Positions 17,288-27,786 are shown, counted from the first letter of the stretch. The stretch is DNA of 64,000 bases from a bacterium (GCA_021790255.1 JAJYIE010000001.1:4165-68164); one strand, 5' to 3'. Numbers and translations are program-made. The notes: a model not told the origin generated them from the sequence alone.

Positions 17288-17893
17288 TCCCCAGGCAATT
17301 TTAATCCGTGGATTTTTGCGGCAGAGGCAGTAACAACCTCAGCTTTGGATAAACCTCTTAGTTTTTCCATCTTAAGTTTCCAGCAGTTTAAACAACACCG
17401 CTTTAAAATATATGGTGTTGCCGAATTGGTCAAGCATCGAATTTTATTGTTCCAGCGTAATTTATACCCGGCCTAAATATCTTGACAAAAGGCGTAAATT
17501 TGGGCTACTGTCATCCCTACCTGCTCCGCTTTTATTGGCGCCGAAAACTTTTTTCGCCCTTACCGTCTGACTTCAGGTGAGCTTGATGACAATAATGCTA
17601 TTTTTCAACATGACTTAAGCTATAGCGGCATCTGCCTATTCAGACCCAGAAAAATTTAAAGATAATCGACAGGCCGACAGAGCAGGCAACAGCCGGCAGC
17701 CAGGCAGTTAAGCAGGAAGAACTTATCCGGGAAGCAGTTTTTATCCGCAATCATGGATATAAATCAGCCCGGCTCCGTAATACCATTACGGAAATCCAAA
17801 ATGCCTTAGCCGTCCGCAACCCAGTCAGCTCCCTGGATGAAGCGGCTAACCGTCAAAATGTGAAAAGCATCCTGACCTTGGAATAGGACTATG

Positions 17894-18949
17894 CTACTTT
17901 AACCCGCCGGTAACTTTGACTTTGGAGAGAAGGTCAAGGTCTTCCAGCACTCTGCCGCATCCGCGGACAACGGTAGTCAAAGGGTCCTCCGCCACCCAAA
18001 CCGGCATCTTGGTTTCCTCAGCAACTTTTTTATCCAAACCACGCAGCAGTGATCCGCCCCCCGTAATGACCAATCCTCTCTCCAGAATATCCGACAAAAG
18101 TTCCGGAGGTGTTTCTTCCAAAACCTCAGACAGCGTCCCAATAATTTGATTAATCGTCGAAGAAAGCGCTTCCCGGATTTCTCTGGAAGAGATTTTAATT
18201 GATTTGGGCAGGCCAGTGGAAAGATCCCGTCCCCGCACTACTGTTTCTTTTTCTTCTTTTAACGGGGAGGCCGAGCCAATCTCAAGTTTGACCACCTCCG
18301 CTGTCTTTTCCCCGATCAATAGGCCGTAGCGCATCTTCAGATAATTAATAATGTCCTGGTCCAGCTCATCCCCGGCAATCCGCAGCGAACGGTTCAAAAC
18401 CATCCCGCCCAGGGATATGACAGCAATTTCCGTGGTTCCGCCGCCGATATCCATGATCAGGTTGCCTTCCGGTTCTTCAATCGGCAACCCCGCCCCAATA
18501 GCTGCAGCCATTGGCTCTTCAATTAAAAATGCCCGCCTTGCCCCGGCAATTAAGGCAGCATCCTGGACAGCCCGTTTTTCTACCTCTGTTACACCTGATG
18601 GAATACCGATTACCACCCGCGGGCGGGGCAGCTTCGGCAGGCGCAGTCCTGATTGAGGATCCCGGTGAACCTTATGGATAAAATGGCGAAGCATTGCCTC
18701 AGTAGTATCAAAATCGGAGATTACCCCGTCGCGAAGAGGCCGGACAGCCTCAATAGCTGCCGGAGTGCGTCCAAGCATCCGCTTAGCTTCGTTGCCGATG
18801 GCTAAAACCTGCTTGGACTTTTTATGGATGGCGACAACGGAAGGCTCGCGGATAACAATCCCCTTCCCTCGCACTAAAACCAGCGTGTTAACCGTTCCCA
18901 AATCAATTCCGATATCGTGTGAAACAAGCCTCCAGAAAGAATCAAACAT
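17894..18949 (-). CDS. mreB: Rod shape-determining protein MreB
   Basis: IGIDLGTVNT, IEEPMAAAIGAG, DIGGGTTE, TGGGSLL. Confidence 0.97.
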   Translation of the reverse strand: MFDSFWRLVSHDIGIDLGTVNTLVLVRGKGIVIREPSVVAIHKKSKQVLAIGNEAKRMLGRTPAAIEAVRPLRDGVISDFDTTEAMLRHFIHKVHRDPQSGLRLPKLPRPRVVIGIPSGVTEVEKRAVQDAALIAGARRAFLIEEPMAAAIGAGLPIEEPEGNLIMDIGGGTTEIAVISLGGMVLNRSLRIAGDELDQDIINYLKMRYGLLIGEKTAEVVKLEIGSASPLKEEKETVVRGRDLSTGLPKSIKISSREIREALSSTINQIIGTLSEVLEETPPELLSDILERGLVITGGGSLLRGLDKKVAEETKMPVWVAEDPLTTVVRGCGRVLEDLDLLSKVKVTGGLK

Positions 18950-19020
18950 CTCAGGATTGAGTTTAACACAAGCTCAGAAGACTTTCCAACTGAAGATGAA
19001 TTTGGTAGGATTCAGTTGTA

Positions 19021-21153
19021 ATGCCTCAGAAAGTTATTACCATTTGTTTTTATCTCCTCTTCTTCCTCACCCCTTTAATCTGGAGCCCTGCAAACTTCGA
19101 GCTTTTTGAGTACGACAAAATGATGGTTGTTTACGGGCTGACAGTAATCATTATCGCTGCCTGGTTAATTAAGATGGTCTCCGCCCGGCAATTAGTTTTC
19201 AAACACACACCCTTAGACTGGCCGCTTCTTGCCTTCCTGGTTGCCAATATTATTTCAACTATTACCTCAATGAATCCGCATGTTTCCGTTTGGGGTTATT
19301 ATTCACGCTCCAACGGCGGGCTGCTCTCTACAATCTCCTATATAACGCTCTACTACGCTCTGGTTTCAAACTTTACCGCCCAATATGCGCTCAAGTTCAT
19401 TAAAGCTGCGCTTTTTGGCGGAGCGATCGTCGCCCTCTATGCAATCCCTGAACACTTTGGTGCCTCCCCGTCTTGCCTAATCCTCAACCATCAGCTGACT
19501 GACAGATGCTGGGTGCAGGATGTCCAGGCACGGGTTTTTGCCACACTCGGCCAGCCCAACTGGCTGGCAGCTTACCTTGCCATGCTCATCTTCCCGGCCA
19601 TTTATTTTTTCCTCACCTCAGCATCCCGCTCGTCAAAAGTTTTTTACTTTTTACTCTTTACTTTTTACTATCTCGCCTTTACCTTTACTTATTCCCGCGG
19701 AGGCACCCTAGGCTTTCTGATCAGCCTGGCGGTATTTATTCCCACTCTTCTTTTACGATTCAACTGGGGTGGCAGGCTAAATTTGATAGCAGTCTTACTC
19801 AGCCTATGTTTTGTCAGCCTGTTTTTTGGCACGGCACTGACTGATTTCAAGCTCATTTCTGCCTTTGCCCCACCCCCACGGCCGGCACTAACCGCGGCTG
19901 CCAGCGGAATGAGCCAGTTGGAAAACGGCGGCACTGAGTCCGGGGAAATCCGTCTGATTGTTTGGAAAGGAGCCCTGGATATTTTCCGCCACTATCCTTT
20001 GTTTGGATCCGGCGTGGAAACGTTTGCCTACTCTTATTACCAATACCGTCCACTTGCTCACAATATGGTTTCCGAATGGGATTTTCTTTATAACAAAGCG
20101 CACAATGAATACCTTAATTACCTGGCAACAACCGGTTTAATAGGATTCATCTCATACATGAGTATTATTGCTGTTTTTATATGGTGGAGCATGAAGTATG
20201 TGGTATTAAGTATAAAGGGAGGCGGTAAAAATTTCTCTGTACATCATACTTCATACTTTGTACTTGCCCTAGCTGCTGCCTACGTTTCCTACCTTATCCA
20301 AAACTTCTTCGGTTTTTCTGTGGTCATCATCGCCATGTTCTTTTATCTTTTCCCCGCCCTTGCCTTCCTCGTAACCGATTCAGCAAAACCGGCGACCTTT
20401 CCTAAATACAATATACCAAATACCATATGCTCCCTCATTTACCGTCGCTCTTTTTACTCAAAGCTTGCAAAATCAATCATTTTAGTTCTGGCAGCAGCTA
20501 TCATCTTCACCCTGGCCAAATATTGGGTAGCTGACACCATTTTTGCCCAAGGTGAGCATGCTTCCGATGCCAATAACCCAGGCCGGGCCTACAATGACCT
20601 GGCCGATGCCGCTGCCTTAAATCCGGGGGAGCCTTATTACAGAAGCGAGCTGGGGTTTGCTGCTGCTTCCGCAGCTGTGGCGCTGCAACAAGACGATGCT
20701 ACCGCTTCTGCCACGCTGGCCATACAAGCAGATGATCTGACCAAAAATGTGCTGCAAAAAAACAGCACGAATGTTTCTTTCTGGCGCACCGCCATCCGCA
20801 CCTATTTTATGCTTTCTGTCCTTGATCCTAAGTTTAACAGCTTAACCATTGATGCTGTCAACCAGGCTATTGCTCTGGCCCCCACCGACCCCAAATTAAT
20901 GTACAACAAAGGGATAATTTTAAACCAGCAGGGGAAAAACCAGGAGGCAGTTGCCGCCCTGCTGGAAGCTTTAAAATTAAAGCCCAACTACCGGGATGTA
21001 TATTTTACTCTGGCCGATGTCTATAACCAGCTCAACCAAAAAGATAAAGCCGTCTCTGCCCTGGAAAGCTATTTAAAATATGCCCCGGGTGATGCCCAGA
21101 CCATGGACAAAATCAGCAAACTGGAAGCAGCCACAACACCTGCGAGTAGATAG
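19021..21153 (+). CDS. O-antigen ligase (Wzy_C/PglL-like) membrane protein with C-terminal TPRs
   Basis: ATLGQPNWLA, TYSRGG, R..VW...LFGSG, AHNEYL; TPR-like C-terminal helices. Confidence 0.88.
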   Translation: MPQKVITICFYLLFFLTPLIWSPANFELFEYDKMMVVYGLTVIIIAAWLIKMVSARQLVFKHTPLDWPLLAFLVANIISTITSMNPHVSVWGYYSRSNGGLLSTISYITLYYALVSNFTAQYALKFIKAALFGGAIVALYAIPEHFGASPSCLILNHQLTDRCWVQDVQARVFATLGQPNWLAAYLAMLIFPAIYFFLTSASRSSKVFYFLLFTFYYLAFTFTYSRGGTLGFLISLAVFIPTLLLRFNWGGRLNLIAVLLSLCFVSLFFGTALTDFKLISAFAPPPRPALTAAASGMSQLENGGTESGEIRLIVWKGALDIFRHYPLFGSGVETFAYSYYQYRPLAHNMVSEWDFLYNKAHNEYLNYLATTGLIGFISYMSIIAVFIWWSMKYVVLSIKGGGKNFSVHHTSYFVLALAAAYVSYLIQNFFGFSVVIIAMFFYLFPALAFLVTDSAKPATFPKYNIPNTICSLIYRRSFYSKLAKSIILVLAAAIIFTLAKYWVADTIFAQGEHASDANNPGRAYNDLADAAALNPGEPYYRSELGFAAASAAVALQQDDATASATLAIQADDLTKNVLQKNSTNVSFWRTAIRTYFMLSVLDPKFNSLTIDAVNQAIALAPTDPKLMYNKGIILNQQGKNQEAVAALLEALKLKPNYRDVYFTLADVYNQLNQKDKAVSALESYLKYAPGDAQTMDKISKLEAATTPASR

Positions 21154-21154
21154 C

Positions 21155-21439
21155 ATGAAAAAAATCGGGCAGATCATTGCTGAAAAACAATTTCCTGACC
21201 GGCCGAAAAACCTATTCACCGAATTTCAGGTCTACGGTGTTTATTTGGCGGAAAGTTTAAATGACACCAAGCATTACTCTTTATATATTAAGCTGGCAAA
21301 GCAACACGATCGGGCCATTTTGGAGGAGGCTTTATCTTACGCCAAAGGGTACATCTCGGCCAAATCCAAGGCAAAAGTGTTTATGTGGAAACTTACCAGT
21401 CTAAAAAACGATCAAAAAGTTTCTACTCAAGATCTTTGA
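21155..21439 (+). CDS. Small hypothetical protein
   Basis: ATG 1 nt after the upstream stop; 94 aa, helical and basic. Confidence 0.7.
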   Translation: MKKIGQIIAEKQFPDRPKNLFTEFQVYGVYLAESLNDTKHYSLYIKLAKQHDRAILEEALSYAKGYISAKSKAKVFMWKLTSLKNDQKVSTQDL

Positions 21440-21541
21440 AACAGAGTCAAAAGGTTCTCTTATGTTGAAACTCCAACAATTAAAAAATAGTAACTTACCC
21501 GACTAATTTTCTGGAAATCATCATCTTAAAATGCTAAAATT

Positions 21542-22078
21542 ATGCTCATGCACGCCAACAATTTGGCAGTTGTCCAGGCACCAAACCCGATTTTGCGCTC
21601 AAAAACCAAACCGGTTAAAAAAATCACCCCGGATTGTCTTAAGTTATCCAGGGACATGATTAAACTTACCAAAACCTTTATTGACCCGGAGGGAGTTGGG
21701 CTGGCGGCCAACCAAGTGGGCCGGGATGACTGTTTTTTTGTAGCCAAACAGGGCAAAAAGTTTATCACCTGCTTTAATCCCAAAATTCTCTCTTACGGAG
21801 ATAAGAAGAAAATCTTCTTTGAGGGCTGCCTGTCTATCCCTAATTATTATGCCTATATTAAACGCCCCACCAAGGTTACAGTAGAGTACCAGGATGAAAC
21901 TGGCCAAACTATCACCAAAAAACTGGGGGGCACTGCCGCCTGGATTTTTCAGCACGAAACCGACCACTTAAACGGTAAACTGTTTATGGACCTGGCCTTA
22001 GAACAAAAGGGGAGAATCTTTAAGGTTACAGGTAAAGACAGAGCCGGAGCGGATATTTTTGAGGAAGTGGAGTTTTAA
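21542..22078 (+). CDS. def: Peptide deformylase
   Basis: GVGLAANQVG, EGCLS, QHETDHLNG. Confidence 0.97.
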   Translation: MLMHANNLAVVQAPNPILRSKTKPVKKITPDCLKLSRDMIKLTKTFIDPEGVGLAANQVGRDDCFFVAKQGKKFITCFNPKILSYGDKKKIFFEGCLSIPNYYAYIKRPTKVTVEYQDETGQTITKKLGGTAAWIFQHETDHLNGKLFMDLALEQKGRIFKVTGKDRAGADIFEEVEF

Positions 22079-22081
22079 TCG

Positions 22082-22966
22082 ATGCCCCAGGATCAAATTC
22101 ACTCCCAAACAACAACCCCTGATAAGTTATTATTTGCCGAGTTTCCCCCGCTGGTTTTTTTCGGCACTCCTGATTTTGCTGTTCCGGTTCTTAATGCCTT
22201 ACAGAAAAATTACCAAGTTGCAGCTATCGTAACCGCTCCAGATAAACCTGTTGGTCGACACCGAACACTGACCCCCTCGCCGGTAGCCCAGGCAGCACCA
22301 ACCCAAATTCCACTCCTTAAACCGAAACAGTTGGGCAATGAAACAATTCAACAATTACAAAATCTGAAACCTGGTCTTTTTATTGTCGCCGCTTACGGCA
22401 AAATTATTCCGCAAGAACTACTGGATATTCCTGCCTTGGGAGCTTTAAACATCCATCCGTCTCTTTTACCCAAATACCGGGGACCATCTCCCGTCCAAAA
22501 TGCCATTTTAAACGGCGATAACAAAACGGGTGTCACAATTATTAAAATGGATGCCCAAATGGACCACGGGCCAATAGTTTCAGCAAAAGAGTATAGGTTG
22601 TCTCAGAGTGATAATTATTTAACATTGGGTAATAAACTTTTTCAGACCGGAGCAAAGGACTTATTAGCCATCTTACCTGATTTTATCAACGGAAAAACTG
22701 CCCCCCAACCCCAAAATCATGCTGAGACCACTTACACAAAAATCATCACCAAAGAAAACGGCTTTTTCGACATTAATAATCCACCGTCGACGGAAAAACT
22801 GGACCGCATGGTCCGTGCTTTTTATCCCTGGCCCACCGCCTGGACACGCTGGAATAATAAAGTGGTAAAATTTCTCCCCGGCACTTTAGTGCAAATCGAG
22901 GGTAAAAAACCTGTTCCTTTAAAAGATTTTCTCAACGGCCACCCTGATTTTTCGCTGAAAAATTAG
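22082..22966 (+). CDS. fmt: Methionyl-tRNA formyltransferase (short C-terminal domain)
   Basis: FFGTPDFA, NIHPSLLPKYRGPSP, MDHGPI, PWPTAW; follows def. Confidence 0.95.
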   Translation: MPQDQIHSQTTTPDKLLFAEFPPLVFFGTPDFAVPVLNALQKNYQVAAIVTAPDKPVGRHRTLTPSPVAQAAPTQIPLLKPKQLGNETIQQLQNLKPGLFIVAAYGKIIPQELLDIPALGALNIHPSLLPKYRGPSPVQNAILNGDNKTGVTIIKMDAQMDHGPIVSAKEYRLSQSDNYLTLGNKLFQTGAKDLLAILPDFINGKTAPQPQNHAETTYTKIITKENGFFDINNPPSTEKLDRMVRAFYPWPTAWTRWNNKVVKFLPGTLVQIEGKKPVPLKDFLNGHPDFSLKN

Positions 22967-23202
22967 GCCGCTGCATGAATTTCCACCTTAGGTTGGGAAG
23001 GGTTTTTCTGCGCTGATTTAACCATCCGCAGGCATTTGGTGCAAAGTTTCATACATTTATAGGCATGCAGGTTCACTTTCTGGGTACGCATATGGATTGG
23101 GGCCTTCATTTTCCATTGTCCGCCCGCACCGGAGGAACCCTTTTTATGACGGGAATAAGCAATGGTTTGCTTGGTTTTTCCACAAATTTGACAGACTAAC
23201 AT
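22963..23202 (-). CDS. rpmB: 50S ribosomal protein bL28 (zinc-ribbon type)
   Basis: CQICGK, RTQKVNL, CTKCLR; small and basic. Confidence 0.8.
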   Translation of the reverse strand: MLVCQICGKTKQTIAYSRHKKGSSGAGGQWKMKAPIHMRTQKVNLHAYKCMKLCTKCLRMVKSAQKNPSQPKVEIHAAA

Positions 23203-23299
23203 AGCCTCGTAACTATATCATTTTACCCTGCAGAATGCAACGGGATGGAAACACTTGCCACCTTACCTCATCTGTGATATATTACCTGCAGCTACAAAT

Positions 23300-23548
23300 A
23301 TGTTATCAGAACAAGCTGAACTGGCAATAAATTGCATTGATAAGGATGTCCGGGGTATACAAACCAAAGAAGGCACCATTATCCGCTTCCGCAGTGCTCA
23401 CGATTTTCTGGAAGCGTTAAGCGAAGAAGAAAACGTGCAGTTAGGCCACACTCACCGGAGGCATCCTGACTCTATGTTTTTCCTGCGTCCCAATCTGGTG
23501 AAGTTGGCAGAAGAGATTGCCTTGGAGCGCCAAAAAAGTTACAAGTAA
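23300..23548 (+). CDS. Hypothetical protein
   Basis: 82-aa ORF after TTGCCA-N17-TATATT. Confidence 0.55.
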   Translation: MLSEQAELAINCIDKDVRGIQTKEGTIIRFRSAHDFLEALSEEENVQLGHTHRRHPDSMFFLRPNLVKLAEEIALERQKSYK

Positions 23549-23588
23549 TTTCCATTTCGTCTCAGCCGTGATAAACTTATAAGGGTCA

Positions 23589-24212
23589 ATGGGTACATCC
23601 ACGCTTCTTGCAGCTAGCATTGTTATCCTGCTTTTTTCCGTCATTTTACATGAGGTAATGCACGGGCTGGCGGCCCTTTACTGGGGTGATACCACCGCCC
23701 AGCAGGCTGGCCGGCTGACTTTAAATCCTATTTCCCACATTGACCCTATCGGAACTATTTTAGTCCCTGCTCTGCTAGCCCTGACCCACTCCCCTTTTCT
23801 TTTCGGCTGGGCCAAACCGGTTCCTATTGATCCCTTCAATTTCCGGGACATCCGCAAGGGAGAACTGGCCACCTCCGCTGCCGGCATTGCCGCCAATTTA
23901 GCGTTGGCGCTTTTGGCTGCCTTACTTTTTCACCTGCTGGTATCTTTTGCCAACACGCTATGGCTTCAAATTCTTATCTTTACTTCTTACATTAATTTGC
24001 TACTAGCCGTTTTTAACATGATACCCATCCCGCCCCTGGACGGATCAAAAATACTTATCTCCCTACTGCCGCCAAAAGCGGCTGCCGGATTTGCTGCCCT
24101 GGAACAATACGGGATGTTTTTGCTGCTATTGCTCTTGGTCAGCGGTTTATTCGGGGCGGTCTTGGGCCCCGTTTTAATTTTACTCATGCATATTCTGGGG
24201 CTGCCGTTTTAA
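23589..24212 (+). CDS. Site-2 protease, peptidase M50 family
   Basis: HEVMH, NPISHID, FNMIPIPPLDG; multiple TM helices. Confidence 0.93.
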   Translation: MGTSTLLAASIVILLFSVILHEVMHGLAALYWGDTTAQQAGRLTLNPISHIDPIGTILVPALLALTHSPFLFGWAKPVPIDPFNFRDIRKGELATSAAGIAANLALALLAALLFHLLVSFANTLWLQILIFTSYINLLLAVFNMIPIPPLDGSKILISLLPPKAAAGFAALEQYGMFLLLLLLVSGLFGAVLGPVLILLMHILGLPF

Positions 24213-24313
24213 GTTTGTACGGCTAACTTTACGTTTTTCTTCCTCCGTTCTTACCGGGAATATTTTTTAAGAGCCTATTATTTGCTGGCAAATATTTACT
24301 GTGGAAAAATGCC

Positions 24314-26587
24314 ATGAGATTTAAAAAACCGCTACTTTCTCCTAACAGTCTCTGCATTCACTCTCACACACAACTTGATAGACAAACCGAAACGAGGCAA
24401 GCACCTTTTTTTGTCTTGAAAAAAATCTTCAGTATTAACTCTTCCGACCTTATCATTGCGGGACTTTCTATTTTAGCCTTTTTAATATTTGTACCCGTTT
24501 TCACATATGCATATTTTGCCAATGATCTTGTCAGCACTGATGCAATTATGAATAAAAACGATACCGGGATTGTTCTTTATGACCGGTCTGGCCGACCCTT
24601 TTTTACCTTTTACCAGGGTCAGCCGAAAAATTATATCCCCTTTGCGTCTATCCCCAAATACACCCAGCAGGCAATCATTGCCATGGAGGATAAAGATTTT
24701 TATTCCCACCCCGGCTTTTCTGTCCCCGCCATTGTCCGGGCCATGTGGGAAGATATACTGAGCCGTAACCTCTCTTATGGAGGTTCAACCATTACCCAGC
24801 AGTTGGTAAAAAATTCCCTTCTTACATCACGCAAGGATTTCTTACGAAAATACCAGGAGGTGGTTTTGGCCAGTGAAATCGAACGCCGCTACAGTAAAAA
24901 TCAAATTCTTGAGATGTACCTTAACTCTGTTTACTTTGGTGAAGGGTCATTCGGGGTGGAAGAAGCTGCACAAACATATTTTGGCACGGACGCAAAAAAT
25001 CTGGACCTGGCCCAGTCTGCTTTCCTGGCAGCACTCCTCCCTGCTCCATCCGCCCTCTCTCCTTTTCATGGAGACTTAGCTGCTGCCCGTGACAGGCAAA
25101 AATATATTTTGGGGAAGATGGCAGAGCAAGGATATATCACCCAAAAGCAGGCAGATCAAGCTGTCGCAGAGCCGCTGATCTTCCATCCTCCGGCTGATCC
25201 AATTAACTCTCAGGCTATCCATTTTGCTTTAATGGTTCGGGATGAGCTGGTCCAAAAATACGGCGAGGAACAAGTTTCCCGAGCTGGTTTACATGTAAAA
25301 ACCACCCTGGATTTAGGGCTCCAGGAATTTGCCCAGCAGGTAGTAGCCCAGCAGGTAGCCCGGCTTGCTCCCGACAACGTCAGCAACGGGGCAGCTGTGG
25401 TGATTGACCCCAAAACCGGAGAAATTCTGGCTATGGTTGGCAGCGCTGATTGGAATAACCCTAAATTTGGCAAAGTCAATGTTACACTGATGCCCCGCCA
25501 GCCGGGATCTTCTTTTAAACCGATTTATTATTCTGCAGCCCTTGATAAAGACATTATTACTCCAGCAACCATCTTAACGGACACTCCGACAACATTTCCC
25601 GGCGGATACAAACCGCATGATTATGACAATCAATTTTGGGGATCATTAACCGTGCGCCAGGCACTGGCAAACTCCCGCAATGTCCCCTCAGTGGAAGTGA
25701 TGAATAAATTAGGCGTGTTGAATGCTGTGGACCAAGCCCACGCCCTAGGGATTACTACCCTGCAGGATCCTTCCCAATACGGTTTGGCTCTGGCCCTGGG
25801 GGCCGGGGATGTCCGGCTGCTGGATCTTACCGGCGCCTATGCGGCCTTTGCCGACCAAGGCATGTACAATATCCCGACCTCTGTACTGCAGATCAAAGAC
25901 AAAAATAACAACATAATTTATTCCTACCAGCCCACTCCCAGTGAAGCTGTCTCACCACAGGCAGCATTTCTTATCTCCTCCATTTTATCTGATAACAATG
26001 CCCGGGCCCGGGAATTCGGCAACCTTTTGACAATTAGCCGCACTGCTGCCGTCAAGACAGGCACTACTGAGAATTACCGCGATTCACTAACTTTAGGCTA
26101 CACCCCATCTGTTACCGTGGGAGTATGGGTGGGCAACAATGACGGGGCGCCGATGGACAATGTGGCCGGGTCGCTGGGTGCAGCCCCAATTTGGAAGGCA
26201 ATTATGGAACATTACCTCGCCGGCACTCCCGTTGAGCAATTTATCCCTCCCCCCGGTATTATTTCTGCCACTACCTGTACAAGTATCTCCCAGCCAACTC
26301 CCACTCCGCCTCCCGGCAAGGAGCCTCCCGCAGCAAATAAACAAAGTTTGGTTTCCGGCGAAAATAAAACTACGGTTGTTCGCTTCAGTGAATATTTTAT
26401 TCAGGGAACCCAGCTGCGCAACCTTTGTCCAGGCACAAATTCTACGCCAGAAGGCCACAGTCAAAACCTGCCTCCGGTATTAACACCACTGCCGCTCACG
26501 ACTTTTTATCTGCCTTCCCCTGCCCCATCGCCAACTGCACCACCCACCCCGATGATCTCACTACCCGCTCCAACTCCAAATCCGTAA
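24314..26587 (+). CDS. Class A penicillin-binding protein (PBP1A family)
   Basis: EDKDFYSH, GGSTITQQLVKN, RQPGSSFK, SRN, KTGT; Pro-rich tail. Confidence 0.95.
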   Translation: MRFKKPLLSPNSLCIHSHTQLDRQTETRQAPFFVLKKIFSINSSDLIIAGLSILAFLIFVPVFTYAYFANDLVSTDAIMNKNDTGIVLYDRSGRPFFTFYQGQPKNYIPFASIPKYTQQAIIAMEDKDFYSHPGFSVPAIVRAMWEDILSRNLSYGGSTITQQLVKNSLLTSRKDFLRKYQEVVLASEIERRYSKNQILEMYLNSVYFGEGSFGVEEAAQTYFGTDAKNLDLAQSAFLAALLPAPSALSPFHGDLAAARDRQKYILGKMAEQGYITQKQADQAVAEPLIFHPPADPINSQAIHFALMVRDELVQKYGEEQVSRAGLHVKTTLDLGLQEFAQQVVAQQVARLAPDNVSNGAAVVIDPKTGEILAMVGSADWNNPKFGKVNVTLMPRQPGSSFKPIYYSAALDKDIITPATILTDTPTTFPGGYKPHDYDNQFWGSLTVRQALANSRNVPSVEVMNKLGVLNAVDQAHALGITTLQDPSQYGLALALGAGDVRLLDLTGAYAAFADQGMYNIPTSVLQIKDKNNNIIYSYQPTPSEAVSPQAAFLISSILSDNNARAREFGNLLTISRTAAVKTGTTENYRDSLTLGYTPSVTVGVWVGNNDGAPMDNVAGSLGAAPIWKAIMEHYLAGTPVEQFIPPPGIISATTCTSISQPTPTPPPGKEPPAANKQSLVSGENKTTVVRFSEYFIQGTQLRNLCPGTNSTPEGHSQNLPPVLTPLPLTTFYLPSPAPSPTAPPTPMISLPAPTPNP

Positions 26588-26609
26588 AATATTCTTACCT
26601 TACGCTTAC

Positions 26610-26638
26610 TTGACTGCCCAAAAGTGTTTTGCTACTAT
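26610..26638 (+). promoter_or_regulatory. sigma70-type promoter for the ncRNA
   Basis: TTGACT-N17-TACTAT. Confidence 0.65.
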
Positions 26639-26679
26639 ATAAGTGCCTTAAAAAGGCAAGTAGATGGGTCAAAACCCAA

Positions 26680-26834
26680 GCCCTACTCGGTACGTTTACA
26701 ATCTAAAGAGTATTTTTCCTCCATCGTTTACCTACTACGGGTTAACCTGGAAGTTGATCCTGATTAAATCGGGGTCGCAGGGTTCCCACCTGTTAGTTTT
26801 GGGGAAAAAGCTTTAGATTACGGCCAAGTGGGGT
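26680..26834 (+). ncRNA. ssrS: Probable 6S RNA
   Basis: Rod fold: CCCTACTCGG/CCAAGTGGGG, AATCTAAAG/CTTTAGATT, TTTTTCCTCCA/TGGGGAAAAA, central bubble with CCCACCTG, apical GATCCTGATT/AATCGGGGTC; own promoter and terminator; no ORF. Confidence 0.7.
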
Positions 26835-26846
26835 GAAATTATTCTG

Positions 26847-26876
26847 TCCAGTCCCGTTTCCGGGGCTGGATTTTTT
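26847..26876 (+). terminator. Rho-independent terminator
   Basis: TCCAGTCCCG-TTTC-CGGGGCTGGA followed by TTTTTT. Confidence 0.85.
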
Positions 26877-26922
26877 GTAGCCACTTTGACAACAAACTTA
26901 AAATCTTCTAATATTCCAAGCT

Positions 26923-27669
26923 ATGGTTGAGTCAATCAATTATCATACTATCTGGGGTCAACAAGCAGACCGCTTAGCTTATCTATTCGCCCCCGAGCTT
27001 GGTTTATCCAGAGACCAGTATATTGATCATCTGCCCCAATTTGCTCCTCAAGGTAAGGCCGATAAAGGCGTTTTTGATTTCCCACTCTTGGTACAAACTG
27101 CCACCCCAAATCTGACACTGGTGAGAATTTGTGAGGTTACCGGTATTAACGTAGGGTCACCAAACATCGACGAAATGGTAGATTGGCGAGACGATATGAT
27201 TATAAAAATGTGGCGTGATAAAAGAAGCGATACAATAACTAGCGCCACTGTAGACTGGAGTAATGATCCAAAAAAGTTTCGGACTCCCTCTGCACCTTAC
27301 TCAACCTGGATAAATACAAGGATTCAAAAAGACAACAGCGCTTATCAGACCAGAGCCGGCTTAACTTCTCAAGAACGTGGGGGAACAATTTATGACGGTT
27401 TATCACTCTTAATCCAAAAACCTGAGCTTTTAGACAGAGAGGGTCTTGCCCTGCCGGGATCTGAATACTTTTTTGACTTCTTCTTCTCAGATGAAGGTAC
27501 CGTCATTATACTTACTCAAGAGAGTAATCATAAAATCCTAGGTTTTGGTTATGCTGGTCTTAACTATGCCGGGTTTCAGTCCAAATTCCATCCACCCACA
27601 GGCTGTCTGGTAGCCAGCAGAAAAATTGCTACTAAGCGGCGCCAACCTCCAAGTGGCCAAAAACCCTAA
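26923..27669 (+). CDS. Hypothetical protein (weak resemblance to DUF5701-type proteins)
   Basis: 248-aa ORF; TTGACA(26886)-N17-TAATAT ends 8 nt before the ATG; family resemblance from memory only. Confidence 0.7.
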   Translation: MVESINYHTIWGQQADRLAYLFAPELGLSRDQYIDHLPQFAPQGKADKGVFDFPLLVQTATPNLTLVRICEVTGINVGSPNIDEMVDWRDDMIIKMWRDKRSDTITSATVDWSNDPKKFRTPSAPYSTWINTRIQKDNSAYQTRAGLTSQERGGTIYDGLSLLIQKPELLDREGLALPGSEYFFDFFFSDEGTVIILTQESNHKILGFGYAGLNYAGFQSKFHPPTGCLVASRKIATKRRQPPSGQKP

Positions 27670-27786
27670 TGCTTTAATCTATCTGGGTTGGCAACATGCC
27701 TTCAGAATAAAACCCCGGAGCCTTAGTTAGCCTTGCAAAACGTCCTCCTGTGTGCGCAAAGTTTCAGGTATGCCTGCGCGGGTAAC

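Noticed and set aside
26280-26587. Pro/Thr-rich repeats in the PBP tail and giant-protein linkers as DNA repeats
   Set aside because: Codon-phase, protein-level low-complexity linkers, unlike the 7/8-nt arrays
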